Notes: generated from the letters alone by a model not told the origin. 64,000 bases of DNA from an uncultured Acidimicrobiaceae bacterium (GCA_963706205.1 OY970155.1:1584064-1648063), one strand, 5' to 3'. Shown: positions 40,444 through 50,192, counted from the first letter of the stretch. Program-made: numbers and translations.

Positions 40444-41496
40444 ATGCCACTCGTCCACACCGACCTCCCGAGTTCCCAAGCCCCCCGGGTCTCCGTGTGC
40501 GCATCGGTGGCCATCGAGATCGAGTGGGCGCTGGCGTCGGGCGAGCGGGAGGATTTCCGACGCGACCACGCGGCGTTGGAGGCTGTCTACGGCAGCGATC
40601 CGGATCTCGAGGCCCGCGTGCACTCGATCTGGGGCCCGGGAGAGTCGATCAGCTGCGGTGGCTTCCTCGAGCTGATGGTGCTGGCCCATCAGGGCGGCCT
40701 CCTCTTCTCGACGGACGCCGACACCCTGATCGACCGGCTCGAGGAGCTGTGCGCCTCGACGACCGTCGCGCCCGGCGATCTTCCCCTGATCTCGGAGACC
40801 GAGGAAGACCGCGCCGCGGTCCTGCTCCGGCTGGCCCGGTTGCGTGAGTCACCCGAGCTTCGGCACCGGTACGTGGCGCTCGTGCGCGACATGTGGGAGG
40901 CCATGCGTGTCGAATGGGAGGTCGCCGGCCGGGGGGCGGTGGAGGATGCCGTGGCCGCCCGGCGGCAGCTTCAGACCAAGGGAGCCGATTGGCATGAGGT
41001 CGTGCGGGGCGAATGCGACTTCGGCGGGGTTCTCGAGCGGACGGTGGCCGCCCTGGGCCCGGGGGGCGACGTCGTGGTGGTTCCCGCCTATTTCACCCAC
41101 AAGGGCCTCATCGTCGACCTACCCGGAGTGGTCGTGGTGGGTCTGCGGACCGATACCACCGGTGCACATGCTCGGGCCCGAACCGAGGCGTTGGCGAGAC
41201 GACTCAAGGCGTTGTCGGATCCGACCCGCCTGGCGATACTCGACGCGCTCAGGAGCGGACCCCGCACGATCACCGAGATCGCCGCCGCCTTCTCGCTGGC
41301 TCAGCCCACCGTCAGCAATCACGTGAAGCTTCTGCGCGACGCCGGAGTCGTCACCGATGTGCGCCAGGGGACGCGGCGCACTCTGATCGTGCAGCACGAC
41401 GTGGTCGAGGATTTGATCACGAATCTCCGCGATGCGCTGTCGGACCGGACGGCTCACGCTCACGGTGACTCTGGCACGCAGCCGGTGGAGCGGTAG
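40444..41496 (+). CDS. ArsR/SmtB-family regulator with ~240-aa N-terminal domain of unknown function
   Basis: 350-aa ORF. C-terminal wHTH LSDPTRLAILDALRSGPRTITEIAAAFSLAQPTVSNHVKLLRDAGVV. The N-terminal domain has no motif I recognise with certainty. Confidence 0.8.
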   Translation: MPLVHTDLPSSQAPRVSVCASVAIEIEWALASGEREDFRRDHAALEAVYGSDPDLEARVHSIWGPGESISCGGFLELMVLAHQGGLLFSTDADTLIDRLEELCASTTVAPGDLPLISETEEDRAAVLLRLARLRESPELRHRYVALVRDMWEAMRVEWEVAGRGAVEDAVAARRQLQTKGADWHEVVRGECDFGGVLERTVAALGPGGDVVVVPAYFTHKGLIVDLPGVVVVGLRTDTTGAHARARTEALARRLKALSDPTRLAILDALRSGPRTITEIAAAFSLAQPTVSNHVKLLRDAGVVTDVRQGTRRTLIVQHDVVEDLITNLRDALSDRTAHAHGDSGTQPVER

Positions 41497-41519
41497 CCGG
41501 GCCATCGGTCCTATCGGGT

Positions 41520-42569
41520 TCAGCTTGCGCGTCGCTCCCGGAAGGTACGTCGGTACCCTTGCGGGCTCGTCTGCATGAGCCGGCCGAAATGCTTGCGGAG
41601 ATTACCGGCCGTGCAGAAGCCGGTGCGGTCCGCCACCACCTCGATCGGCAGGTCGGTCGTCTCCAGGAGCCTTTGGGCGAGCTGGACCCGCTGGCGAAGC
41701 AGCCACTGATACGGGGTGGTCCCCGTGCTGGCCAGGAAGCGGCGGGCGAACGTCCGTGAGCTCATGGCGCAGCGCGCGGCCAGATCGTCGACCGTCACCG
41801 CGTCGCCCAGATGTTCCTGCATCCACGTCACGGTGTCGGCGAACAGGTTCGAGCTGTCCAGTGCCGGCATCGGCGCTTCGATGTACTGGGCTTGGCCGCC
41901 GTCGCGTTGCGGCGGGACAACCAGTTGCCGGGCCAGCTGGGTGGCGATCTCTGTCCCATGGTCCTGGCGGACCACGTGGAGGCACAAGTCGATCCCGGCA
42001 GCGCTTCCGGCCGACGTCAGGATGTCACCCTCGTCGACGTAGAGCACCCCGGGGTCCACCGACACCTGCGGATAGCGGCGCGCCAGATCGTCGCACTCGG
42101 TCCAGTGCGTGGTCGCCCGCCGACCGTCGAGCAGCCCCGCGGCGGCGAGGATGAAGGCGCCGGTACACAGAGAGACGAGCCTCCGTCCTCGCCCGTGGGC
42201 GTCCCGCAAGGCGTCGAACAGCTCGTCGGGCACCTTCTCGAGGTCGTCGGTCGGAGGCACGATCACGGTGTCGACGTGGCGGAGCCGGTCCAAGCCGTGC
42301 GGCACCCGCATCTGGAGACCGCCTTCGAGGGTCACCGTTCCGGCGGTGACGCCGCAGACGAAGAATCGGTACCAGGGGACGCCGAAGGTCGTGGACCGGT
42401 CGGTGCCGAAGATCTCGTAGGCGACGCCGAGCTCGAAGAGGCTGATCCCGTCGTAGACGACCATGGCCACCGACGCCCGCTCTGGCCGTGGTCTGCCCGC
42501 AGGCCGTGTCGAGGACCCCTGGGCGGCCGCACCCCGATTGGCAGGTTTGTCGCGCACCATGTCAATCAT
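41520..42569 (-). CDS. GlxA-family regulator (DJ-1/PfpI-like domain plus AraC HTH)
   Basis: ORF 41520..42800 trimmed to MIDMVRDKP... Carries VSLCTGAFILAAAGLLDGRRATTHW and the C-terminal AraC HTH FARRFLASTGTTPYQWLLRQRVQLAQRLL. Confidence 0.85.
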   Translation of the reverse strand: MIDMVRDKPANRGAAAQGSSTRPAGRPRPERASVAMVVYDGISLFELGVAYEIFGTDRSTTFGVPWYRFFVCGVTAGTVTLEGGLQMRVPHGLDRLRHVDTVIVPPTDDLEKVPDELFDALRDAHGRGRRLVSLCTGAFILAAAGLLDGRRATTHWTECDDLARRYPQVSVDPGVLYVDEGDILTSAGSAAGIDLCLHVVRQDHGTEIATQLARQLVVPPQRDGGQAQYIEAPMPALDSSNLFADTVTWMQEHLGDAVTVDDLAARCAMSSRTFARRFLASTGTTPYQWLLRQRVQLAQRLLETTDLPIEVVADRTGFCTAGNLRKHFGRLMQTSPQGYRRTFRERRAS

Positions 42570-43155
42570 GCCACTTTCGTCAACCCCCAACCAGACGCAC
42601 CATGGTCGAGTGCCTTCTCGCCGTACCTCCCGCCCCGCCGGCCCGACGCTGCTTCTTCTGCGTGATCCCGAACATCGGGACCGTTTGCTGGGCCGGCCCA
42701 CCCGATCCCGGGACCGTCTCGTCGCCCGGGTGCTCGCCTCCTCTCTCGATCGTCGGCTCGCCGCCGGCGACGCGCCCGAGTCGAGCCGGCTCTTGGCCAT
42801 ACGCGCTCAGACTCTGGTCTCACCGGGGCAACGACGAGCATTGGCTCGATGCTGGGCACATCTTCTGGACGTGACCGAGAACCTGCCGGCGCAGCCCTTA
42901 CGGCGCCTGCCGCTGTGCCGAGACCGCATCACGGCGGCTGCCTCCTCGGTGCGCCAGATGCTCGTCGCCCTCGAAGCTCCCGCGCCGGTGCCCGTGCGGG
43001 GCGTGGCCATGGCCAGCCTGCTCCTGTGCGACGGCACCGGCCCGCTCTACAACCCGCTCGCCCCGCTCGACCTGCTCAGCCGGGTTCGAGAGGTGACGAT
43101 GCGGCTCGATCCCGCCGCCTCCCTGGTGGCGACTGCGCCGTCTCAGACCGGTTGA
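42559..43155 (+). CDS. hypothetical protein
   Basis: ORF 42463..43155 trimmed to MSIMPLSS... Arg/Leu-rich helical sequence (…LVARVLASSLDRRLAAGD…RRALARCWAHLLD…). Start is uncertain because it abuts the divergent GlxA start. Confidence 0.4.
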   Translation: MSIMPLSSTPNQTHHGRVPSRRTSRPAGPTLLLLRDPEHRDRLLGRPTRSRDRLVARVLASSLDRRLAAGDAPESSRLLAIRAQTLVSPGQRRALARCWAHLLDVTENLPAQPLRRLPLCRDRITAAASSVRQMLVALEAPAPVPVRGVAMASLLLCDGTGPLYNPLAPLDLLSRVREVTMRLDPAASLVATAPSQTG

Positions 43156-43574
43156 CCGGCGAGAAGAAGTTCGACGTCGATGTTGCCCCGGGTGGCGTTG
43201 GAGTAGGGACAGACCTCGTGAGCACCCCGGACGAGCTTGGCGGCTTGTTCGCGATCCGGTACCGACGGGAGTGAGACGTCGAGCGTCACCGTGAGCCGGA
43301 AGCCCCCCTCGCCCGTCGGCAGCAGGCCGACCGCCGAGTCGATGGTGACCTCACCAGCTTCCTCGTGCCGCCGGCGTGCCACCGCCGATAGGGCGCTCTC
43401 GAAGCAGGCGGCATACCCGACGGCGAAGAGCTGCTCCGGATTGGTGCCACCGCCGGAGCCGCCCATTTCCGGCGGTATGCGGAGATCGACGTCCAGCTGG
43501 CCGTCGCTCGTCCGGCCGTGCCCGTCGCGCCCACCGGTCACGTGCGCGGACGCGGTGTAGAGAACCCTCGCCAT
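43143..43574 (-). CDS. ohr: Ohr/OsmC-family organic hydroperoxide resistance protein
   Basis: ORF 43143..43664 trimmed to MARVLYTASAHVTGGRDGHG (RBS GAGAGGAGAAACG). The two conserved Cys sit in GYAACFESAL and HEVCPYSNA. Confidence 0.85.
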   Translation of the reverse strand: MARVLYTASAHVTGGRDGHGRTSDGQLDVDLRIPPEMGGSGGGTNPEQLFAVGYAACFESALSAVARRRHEEAGEVTIDSAVGLLPTGEGGFRLTVTLDVSLPSVPDREQAAKLVRGAHEVCPYSNATRGNIDVELLLAGQPV

Positions 43575-43605
43575 CGTTTCTCCTCTCTGCCGGTGTATCG
43601 CGAGA

Positions 43606-44466
43606 CTAAGAGGAGCCGGAGGCGGCCAGATCGGCCAGCGCCACCTCGTCGAGAACGAGGTCACCGGCGGCGAGGTTCTCGGCCAGGTGGGTGAGTGACG
43701 ATGTTCCCGGGATCAGCAGCACCATGGGCCCTTGGGTCAAAAGCCAAGCCAGGGCGACCTGGGCCGGGGTGCAGCGCAGGCGGCGGGCAGTCTCCTGGAC
43801 AGCGAGATCCTGGAGTACGGGATTCTCGGCGACGAAGGCCGACCCGAGCGGAAAGAACGGGACGTAGGCCACCTCGTCGTTCCGACAGGCGTCGAACAGC
43901 GATCGATCGCTGCGGTCGATCAGGTTGTAGGCGTTCTGGACGCAGGCCACGTCGACCTGGGACCGCGCCGCGAGGTAGTCGTCGAGGGTGACGTTGCTGA
44001 GCCCGATGCCGCCGATCAGGCCCTGGTGGCGCAGGGCCTCCATTGCCGAGAGCTGTTCATCGAACGGGACCTCGGATCCCGGCAAGCGGCGGAGATTCAC
44101 CACCGGTACCCGGTCGAGCTCCAAGCTCCGGAGGTTCGCCTCTACTCCCGCCCGCAGCTCCTCGGGCCGTTGCGCTGGTAGCCATTGCCCCCGGTCGTCG
44201 CGTACGGCGCCGACCTTGGACACGAGCACCAGGTCCGCCGGATAGGGATGGAGTGCGTCGTGGATCAGCTCGTTGGCGACGTCAGGACCGTAGAACTGGG
44301 CCGTGTCGATGTGATCGACGCCGGCGTCGAGCGCCCGGCGGAGCACCGCCATGGCGCCGTTACGGTCGGCCGGGGGTCCGAACACTCCGGGACCGGGGAG
44401 CTGCATGGCTCCGAACCCGACCCGGTGGACACGGTGGCCGGCGAAGGGAACGGTGTCGTTGGGCAC
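43606..44466 (-). CDS. aldo/keto reductase
   Basis: 286-aa ORF with FGAMQLPGPGVFG, HIDTAQFYG, IGLSNV. Confidence 0.85.
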   Translation of the reverse strand: MPNDTVPFAGHRVHRVGFGAMQLPGPGVFGPPADRNGAMAVLRRALDAGVDHIDTAQFYGPDVANELIHDALHPYPADLVLVSKVGAVRDDRGQWLPAQRPEELRAGVEANLRSLELDRVPVVNLRRLPGSEVPFDEQLSAMEALRHQGLIGGIGLSNVTLDDYLAARSQVDVACVQNAYNLIDRSDRSLFDACRNDEVAYVPFFPLGSAFVAENPVLQDLAVQETARRLRCTPAQVALAWLLTQGPMVLLIPGTSSLTHLAENLAAGDLVLDEVALADLAASGSS

Positions 44467-44490
44467 CCCCCATACTGACCTCTCCGTCGA

Positions 44491-45342
44491 TCAGTCGGCC
44501 AGGGGACCGCCGGTCAAGAAGCTCACGACCGTGCCCGCTACTTCCTCGGTGTGCGTGAACACCCCGAGGTGGCTGGCGCCGGCGATTTCGACGAAGCGGG
44601 CGCCAGGGATCATGGTGGCGGCCTCACGCGCACGTGACGGCGGGGAGTCGACGTCGTGCTCGAAGGAGAGCACCAGACACGGCATGGACAGTGACGGCCA
44701 CCGCCGGGTGCGTTCGACGTCGAGCGACCAGGCCAGCGCGGCCTCGTACTGTCCGAGCCGACCCGGGTTGGGCCAGTGATCGAGATTACCGATCAACGAG
44801 AGCCAAAGGTCGACGGTCTCGTCCTGTTGCAGCTCGTGGTTGGGCAGGTAGCGCATGGTCTCGACGGCGTTGAACCACTTCGGGAGCTCACAGTCGAGTC
44901 GGGCCAGATCTCGCTCGACGGTGGTGATGGCCTTCTCCCACGAGGTCCCGACGTTGCAGCTGCCAATGAAGACGGCGGACACCACGCGCTGCGGATGGCG
45001 GAACGCCAGCGTTTCGGCGATCCATCCTCCCATCGAGTACCCCGCCACCGAGACGGCGGGCAGGCCGAGATGATCGAGGAGGCCCACGGTGTCGTCGACC
45101 ATCTCGTCGACGGTGTACGGCGCCGGGGGGGACGATGACGGCGCCACCCCCCGGTTGTCGAAGGTCACCACCCGGAAGCCGGCCCCGACGAGGGCCGGGA
45201 CCAGGCCGAGTTGCCACGCGCCGGCCGGCTGGCTGAGTCCGCACACGAGGAGCACAGGCTCAGCGGTCGGGGGACCGAACACGTCGTAGGCGATGGTCAC
45301 TCCGGGCAGATCCACCTCGGGCACCGACGCATCATCGCTCAC
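44491..45342 (-). CDS. alpha/beta-fold hydrolase
   Basis: 283-aa ORF with nucleophile elbow GYSMGGW and an HG-type oxyanion region. Confidence 0.8.
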   Translation of the reverse strand: MSDDASVPEVDLPGVTIAYDVFGPPTAEPVLLVCGLSQPAGAWQLGLVPALVGAGFRVVTFDNRGVAPSSSPPAPYTVDEMVDDTVGLLDHLGLPAVSVAGYSMGGWIAETLAFRHPQRVVSAVFIGSCNVGTSWEKAITTVERDLARLDCELPKWFNAVETMRYLPNHELQQDETVDLWLSLIGNLDHWPNPGRLGQYEAALAWSLDVERTRRWPSLSMPCLVLSFEHDVDSPPSRAREAATMIPGARFVEIAGASHLGVFTHTEEVAGTVVSFLTGGPLAD

Positions 45343-46294
45343 CGGACAGCAACTCGCCCAGGACCGTGGCGGACACGTTTCGCCCCGTCACCACGACGGC
45401 GGTAGGTCCCCGATCAATGGCCACGACCCCGCTCAGTAAGGCGGCGACGCCCACCGCTCCGGAAGGCTCGACGACCAGCCCCTGCTCGAAGGCGAGGAAC
45501 CTCACGGCGTCGGCGATCGCAGTCTCGTCCACGTCCGCCAGTTGCTCGACGCCGCGGGTGATCAGCGGGATCGTCACCGAGCCGGGCTCGAGGTTGCCGG
45601 CCAGACCGTCGGCCAGTGTGGCGCCCACGGTCACGGTGACGACGTGGCCGGCGGACACCGACGCGCTCACCGCCGGAGAGGACGAGGCCTCGATTCCGCG
45701 CACACCGACACCGCGGTCGTGTGTGGCCAGGGCCAGGCCGGCGACCAACCCGCCGCCGCCTACCGGCGCGATGATCGTCGCCAGGCCGGGGACCTGGTCG
45801 AAGAGCTCGAGGGCGATCGTCCCCTGACCGGCGATGACGTCGGGGTCGTTGTAGGCCGACACGAACCGCGTGTCGGCACCGGCGAGGGCGAGGGCATGGC
45901 TCTCGGCCTCCGCGTACGACAGGCCGTGACGGACGATCTCGACGTCGAAGGCCCCGAGGGCGCTTCGTTTGGCCTCCGAGGCGTTCTCGGGAATGACGAC
46001 CACGGCCTTCGCCCCCAACCTGTGGGCGGCGAAGGCCACACCGAGCCCGTGGTTTCCGGCGGACGCCGTCACGACCGTCCGGTGCGGGTCCTCGGCGAGC
46101 GCGGCGGCCACGGCCACCAGGGCCCCCCGCACCTTGAACGACCCCGTCGGTTGCAGACTCTCGAGCTTGAGCGCGACGTCCGGGCCCAGGATCGGAGCGG
46201 CGACTACCGGTGTCGTGGCCAGATGGCGGGCGACGATGCCACGGGCCCGCAGGATGTCTTCGGTCCCGGGCTCCTCGACGGGCCGGACGGTCAC
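45332..46294 (-). CDS. threonine ammonia-lyase / threonine dehydratase-type PLP enzyme
   Basis: ORF 45332..46504 trimmed to the GTG at 46294, just after the stop of the upstream gene (46308). Carries SFKVRGA (PLP Lys) and SAGNHG. Confidence 0.85.
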   Translation of the reverse strand: MTVRPVEEPGTEDILRARGIVARHLATTPVVAAPILGPDVALKLESLQPTGSFKVRGALVAVAAALAEDPHRTVVTASAGNHGLGVAFAAHRLGAKAVVVIPENASEAKRSALGAFDVEIVRHGLSYAEAESHALALAGADTRFVSAYNDPDVIAGQGTIALELFDQVPGLATIIAPVGGGGLVAGLALATHDRGVGVRGIEASSSPAVSASVSAGHVVTVTVGATLADGLAGNLEPGSVTIPLITRGVEQLADVDETAIADAVRFLAFEQGLVVEPSGAVGVAALLSGVVAIDRGPTAVVVTGRNVSATVLGELLSGER

Positions 46295-46307
46295 AGGCCC
46301 CGGCCGC

Positions 46308-47387
46308 CTACGTCGTGGTCGTGGAACGATGTGTGGGCAACTCGTAGTGCTCGAAGAACTGCCACATCGCCTCGTTGGCATTGACGAGGACGATCCCTCT
46401 CCCCACGCCGGCGAGTATCCAGGTCTTGGGCGGACCGGTGTTGAACGTGGCCCCGGGCCACACATGTCCCGATCCCGTGAACCGCCACAGAGCCACTTCG
46501 GCACCGGATCGGCAGTGTGTGTACGTGATCAGAGTGGCCGTCTCGCCCTGCGAGACGGCGCCGGTGCCCACGATGGTCCTTGCGTCATGGGGCCTCGGCC
46601 GGCAGCCGTCCGCCTTCACCCACTGCTGGATCCCCTCCATCACCGACAGACGCAGTCTGGGATGCCTGTTCTTGACCCCGTCGAACAGAGCGATCGGATC
46701 GTTGACGCTGTGGAACTCCATGGTCGGTACGGCACGGGTCGGGTGGACGGTGGGGATCTCGACCTGGCCGGAGACGGACGAGACGGCGGCAAAATGGGTG
46801 GAGGCCTCGGCGGCCAGGGCGTAGGCCATCATCCCGCCGTTGGATATGCCGGTGGCGTAGACCCGGCGCAGGTCGACCGGCGTGCGGGAGGCGATGTCCG
46901 AGATGACCTTCAGAAGGAAGCCGACATCGTTGACGTGCTTGGTGACCGGTAGGCCGCAGCACTGTCCGGCATTCCACCCGTACTGGGCCTGTTTGGCCAC
47001 GGGGTCCGGGGTGAGCACGGTGGAGATCCTGGTCCCGTCGGGGTACGCCACGAGGTAGCCGTTGCTGTCAGAGGAGCGGTCCATCCCGGACTGGATCTCT
47101 TCCAACCAGCCGTTCTGCGTGGCGCCGGCGAGGTTGAGCACGAGCGGCAGCGGCCGTCCGGTCGCCGCCGCCGGAGGGACGTGCAACCGGTAGCCGCGGT
47201 CCCGGCGGCCGAAGGCGAGATGGAAGACGTAGGCGCCGGTCATGGGAGCCAATCGGCCCTGTGTGACCGCCGACGCCGAGTTCGGCGAGGACACGAGCGC
47301 TCCGAGCACGGCCACCACGGCGACCAGGACAGCGGTCGTGCGCGGGCCATGTCGGCGCTGATCGACCAAGAGGGGGCTCCGTGACAT
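46308..47387 (-). CDS. secreted PHB-depolymerase-family esterase (LpqC-like)
   Basis: 359-aa ORF with signal peptide and GISNGGMM nucleophile motif. Confidence 0.7.
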   Translation of the reverse strand: MSRSPLLVDQRRHGPRTTAVLVAVVAVLGALVSSPNSASAVTQGRLAPMTGAYVFHLAFGRRDRGYRLHVPPAAATGRPLPLVLNLAGATQNGWLEEIQSGMDRSSDSNGYLVAYPDGTRISTVLTPDPVAKQAQYGWNAGQCCGLPVTKHVNDVGFLLKVISDIASRTPVDLRRVYATGISNGGMMAYALAAEASTHFAAVSSVSGQVEIPTVHPTRAVPTMEFHSVNDPIALFDGVKNRHPRLRLSVMEGIQQWVKADGCRPRPHDARTIVGTGAVSQGETATLITYTHCRSGAEVALWRFTGSGHVWPGATFNTGPPKTWILAGVGRGIVLVNANEAMWQFFEHYELPTHRSTTTT

Positions 47388-47692
47388 TCTGCTCGCGTCG
47401 GCCGCCCCGGCGGCCGCCGCTCATGTCCTGTCGCCGTTTTTCACCGGCGTCGTTGACCAGACGATACGGCACGCAACGGGACCGTGGATGTGGCCACGGG
47501 GTCGCCCGGACAACCCTGCCTGGGGCGGCAGCCGCCATCTCGAGCGGCTCCCTTCCGAACGCCCCCACATCGGCCATGTCGTACTGGACCCGGTCCTCGC
47601 CGCAGATGCCACCGTGACGGCTGACAGTCTGGTTCGCGATGCTCGTGGTCCACCGGACCATCCCCGCGGCCTACGAACTGTGTCGAGGGCGG

Positions 47693-48685
47693 TCAATCCG
47701 GCGAGGATCGCTCCGAATCGTCGGCATAGGAGGTCGGGACAGGTCTGTCGACCGGAATCGTCAGACGGAGAGCCGACCGCCGCCTTCCCGAGATGGCGGT
47801 GAGCAGGGTTCCGAGGGCGAGCAGCATCAGTCCGAGGAGCAGGGGTGGACCGGTGTCCATCCCCGTGAAGGCCAGATGGGAGCTCGCCGCGGCCACCGGT
47901 CGTGGGGGCGAGCTGTCCCCGGCGGCGATTGCGGCCGGCGGCCCAGCGGCCGGGCTGGTCGAGACCACGGCGGTCGGACCCGACCCGGCCGGGCTGGTAC
48001 CGGGGCTCAGGTCTGCGGCCGTGACGTAGAAGATACCGACACCGGCGCCGCCGGCCGGGACCGTGACCGACTGCGTTGCCGTCAGGCCGCCTGTTGCGAC
48101 CGTGGCTGAGCCTCCGCAGGCGACGAGCAGGAACCCGGTGGGAGTGCCCGCCGCCATCGTGTAGCCACCACTGGCGACCTCGGTGGGAGTCAGGGGGTTG
48201 GCCTGGGACGTCACGGTCTGGGGCCCGGTGGCCGACAGCGTCCCGCCGCTGACCTCGGTGGTGGTCTGTCCACCGGCGGACGTGCACAGATAGATGTGGC
48301 CGGCGATGGTCTGCACCACCCCGCAGTGGGGCAGCGTGGCCCGCGTCCCGGAGTAGAAGTACGGACGACCGTCGGAGACCGTCACCGTTACGTCGGCCTG
48401 GAAGGCGCAGTCGGACGTGTGTGGGACGGTGACCGTCAATTGGCCCGACGTACCCGTGGCCGATCCCTGGAGCGTTCCGTGGGACCACAGCCGCAGTGTC
48501 CAGGTCGACGTGCTCCCCTTCGGTACGTTGAAGGTCGACACGGTGGGTGTGATCGTCGGTCGCACAGAGGGCGAGGCGGCCAGCGGCGGCCCCCAGAACG
48601 CCACGAGCAATCCGACACCGCCAATGAGGGCGATCAGTCGGCGCAGTCGCCTACGACCAGAACCTTTGAGCCACGACACCCGCAT
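47693..48685 (-). CDS. cell-wall-anchored surface protein with LAFTG (LAxTG, sortase-E type) sorting signal
   Basis: ORF 47693..48787 trimmed to MRVSWLKGSGRRRLRRLIALIGGVGLLVAF (signal). Thr/Gly-rich Ig-like body, then LAFTG + hydrophobic LLLGLMLLALGTLLTAI + GRRRS. Confidence 0.7.
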   Translation of the reverse strand: MRVSWLKGSGRRRLRRLIALIGGVGLLVAFWGPPLAASPSVRPTITPTVSTFNVPKGSTSTWTLRLWSHGTLQGSATGTSGQLTVTVPHTSDCAFQADVTVTVSDGRPYFYSGTRATLPHCGVVQTIAGHIYLCTSAGGQTTTEVSGGTLSATGPQTVTSQANPLTPTEVASGGYTMAAGTPTGFLLVACGGSATVATGGLTATQSVTVPAGGAGVGIFYVTAADLSPGTSPAGSGPTAVVSTSPAAGPPAAIAAGDSSPPRPVAAASSHLAFTGMDTGPPLLLGLMLLALGTLLTAISGRRRSALRLTIPVDRPVPTSYADDSERSSPD

Positions 48686-49802
48686 GGGCGCATTCCTACG
48701 TTTCCGTCTCTCGTCGGGCATTGTCCAGACCCCCGTCTCGCTCGCGTCAGGCCACCGGGGTCTAGGGCAGCGGACAATGCGTATCACAGAAACCGGATAA
48801 TTCTGTGCAAATGTTGTGATTTTCTCCGCTTCCGTTGTCGCCGCGCCGCGTACCGCGTCGGTTACGGCCCAACTACCACGGTGAGTGAATGCAAGAGGAG
48901 CGAGTGTCTGACGGACCCCCGGCGATGTCGCGGCTGATCTTGCGAGGCTTTCCCGGTCGAGACGTCCGCAATCGTCGAAGGTCGCCGGCTCGAGTCGTGG
49001 GCCGCCGACTGCCCGGCGGAGGGCGACACCGTGGAGTCGTAGCTATGACACCGGGGCCCTCAGGGCCATCGTGCGGTGGGCTTCGAGACGGCGCTCGGTG
49101 ACGGCGGTCGTGGCTGGGACCGACGGTGACGACCTGGCGTCGCAGAGAGTCGTCGAGAAAGTCGGATGCGCTGCCTCGAGGGGGGAGACGAGCCACCGCG
49201 ACACGCTCACGGTGCGCCCGGGCCGAGATGGCGCGACGTGGATGTCAGAGGTGTCCGGTCCCTTCCCGCACCACGCGACCAGCGGCGGGGGGCGGCGCTC
49301 GTCAGCTGCAGTGCGGAAAGGGAACCGGAGAAGCGCCGGTCATGTGTCGCTGTGGCGCCATGCGACCGGGGGACTGGGAGACACGGTCCTCACGGCGTCG
49401 GCACACGACGTCCGGCTGATCGAAGAAGGGGGGCACGGAAACTGCCACAGTGGAGACATCGCCGCTACCCCCTTCCTTAGGCTGCTGCCTGAGCGCGAGG
49501 CTCAGCACTTCCGCCGCCAGGGACTGGAGCAACGATGTCGCGGGCAGGACCAAGGCCCCGACCCACATCCCGCACTCTAGCACCAACGGAAATCGGTTCC
49601 TAGAGGGGTCCTGCGCTTTTCTGGCCCGTTCGCGGTGGGAGAGGTCCTCCGGGGGTCCGGGGAGGATCGCCGGGCCGCTGGGGCCGGCCCCGACAGCGTC
49701 CGACTGGAGTCAGGTGGTGTCGGGCCGTAGCTTTTTGCCGTGGGCCAGATCACCGTCAAGCCCGACACCTCGGTCATCTTGCGGTCGCGCGCCGACACGG
49801 CG

Positions 49803-50141
49803 ATGCGCCGCCTCCTATTCGTCCCCGCCGGGCCGTCCACGGTCGGAGAGGACGCCGTGCACCGGATGTTCAGCTTCTCGATCGTCCTCTCGGCGCTGCG
49901 CTGCCTCCTCAGCTACGTGGTCTTCCCCATCCTCACACCCGCCCTCGGCGTCGCCACCGGCGTGGGACCGGCCGTCGGGCTTCCCATCGCCGTGCTGGCG
50001 CTCGTCTTCGACGTCATCGGCATCAGGAGGTTCTGGGTCAACGACCACCCGTGGCGGTGGGCCATGACGGTGATCTACGCCGCGGTCATGATCCTGGTGA
50101 GCGCCCTCCTGGTGGGCGACATCGTGCACCTGGTGTCGTAG
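49803..50141 (+). CDS. small three-TM membrane protein, unknown function
   Basis: ORF 49740..50141. Hydrophobic spans FSFSIVLSALRCLLSYVVFPIL, VGLPIAVLALVFDVIGI and AMTVIYAAVMILVSALLVG. Start could be 49740 (GTG), 49803 or 49866. Confidence 0.45.
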   Translation: MRRLLFVPAGPSTVGEDAVHRMFSFSIVLSALRCLLSYVVFPILTPALGVATGVGPAVGLPIAVLALVFDVIGIRRFWVNDHPWRWAMTVIYAAVMILVSALLVGDIVHLVS

Positions 50142-50192
50142 CCGATCTGGCTCCGTTGGTGTGGGCCACCGTTGTCCGTCATGACTCGGGCG

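Noticed and set aside
42570-42800. Upstream extension of the GlxA regulator ORF (to 426 aa); similar extensions at 46295..46504, 39254..39316 and 43575..43664
   Set aside because: The extensions are basic low-complexity sequence overlapping neighbouring genes. Homology-consistent internal starts with RBS-like sequences exist.
49150-49470. Resemblance to RNase P RNA (GAGAAAGTCGGA vs GAGGAAAGUCCGG; CTGCCACAGTGGAGACATCGCC vs GUGCCACAGAAAACAGACCGCC) and to a cobalamin riboswitch core (GGAAAGGGAACCGGAGAAGCGCCGG; CTGGGAGACACGGTCC as a weak B12 box)
   Set aside because: The motif order does not fit RNase P. The B12-box match is poor, the spacing is wrong, and the downstream gene is not B12-related. 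I cannot run a covariance model, so no RNA family is claimed. The region is reported only as unexplained.
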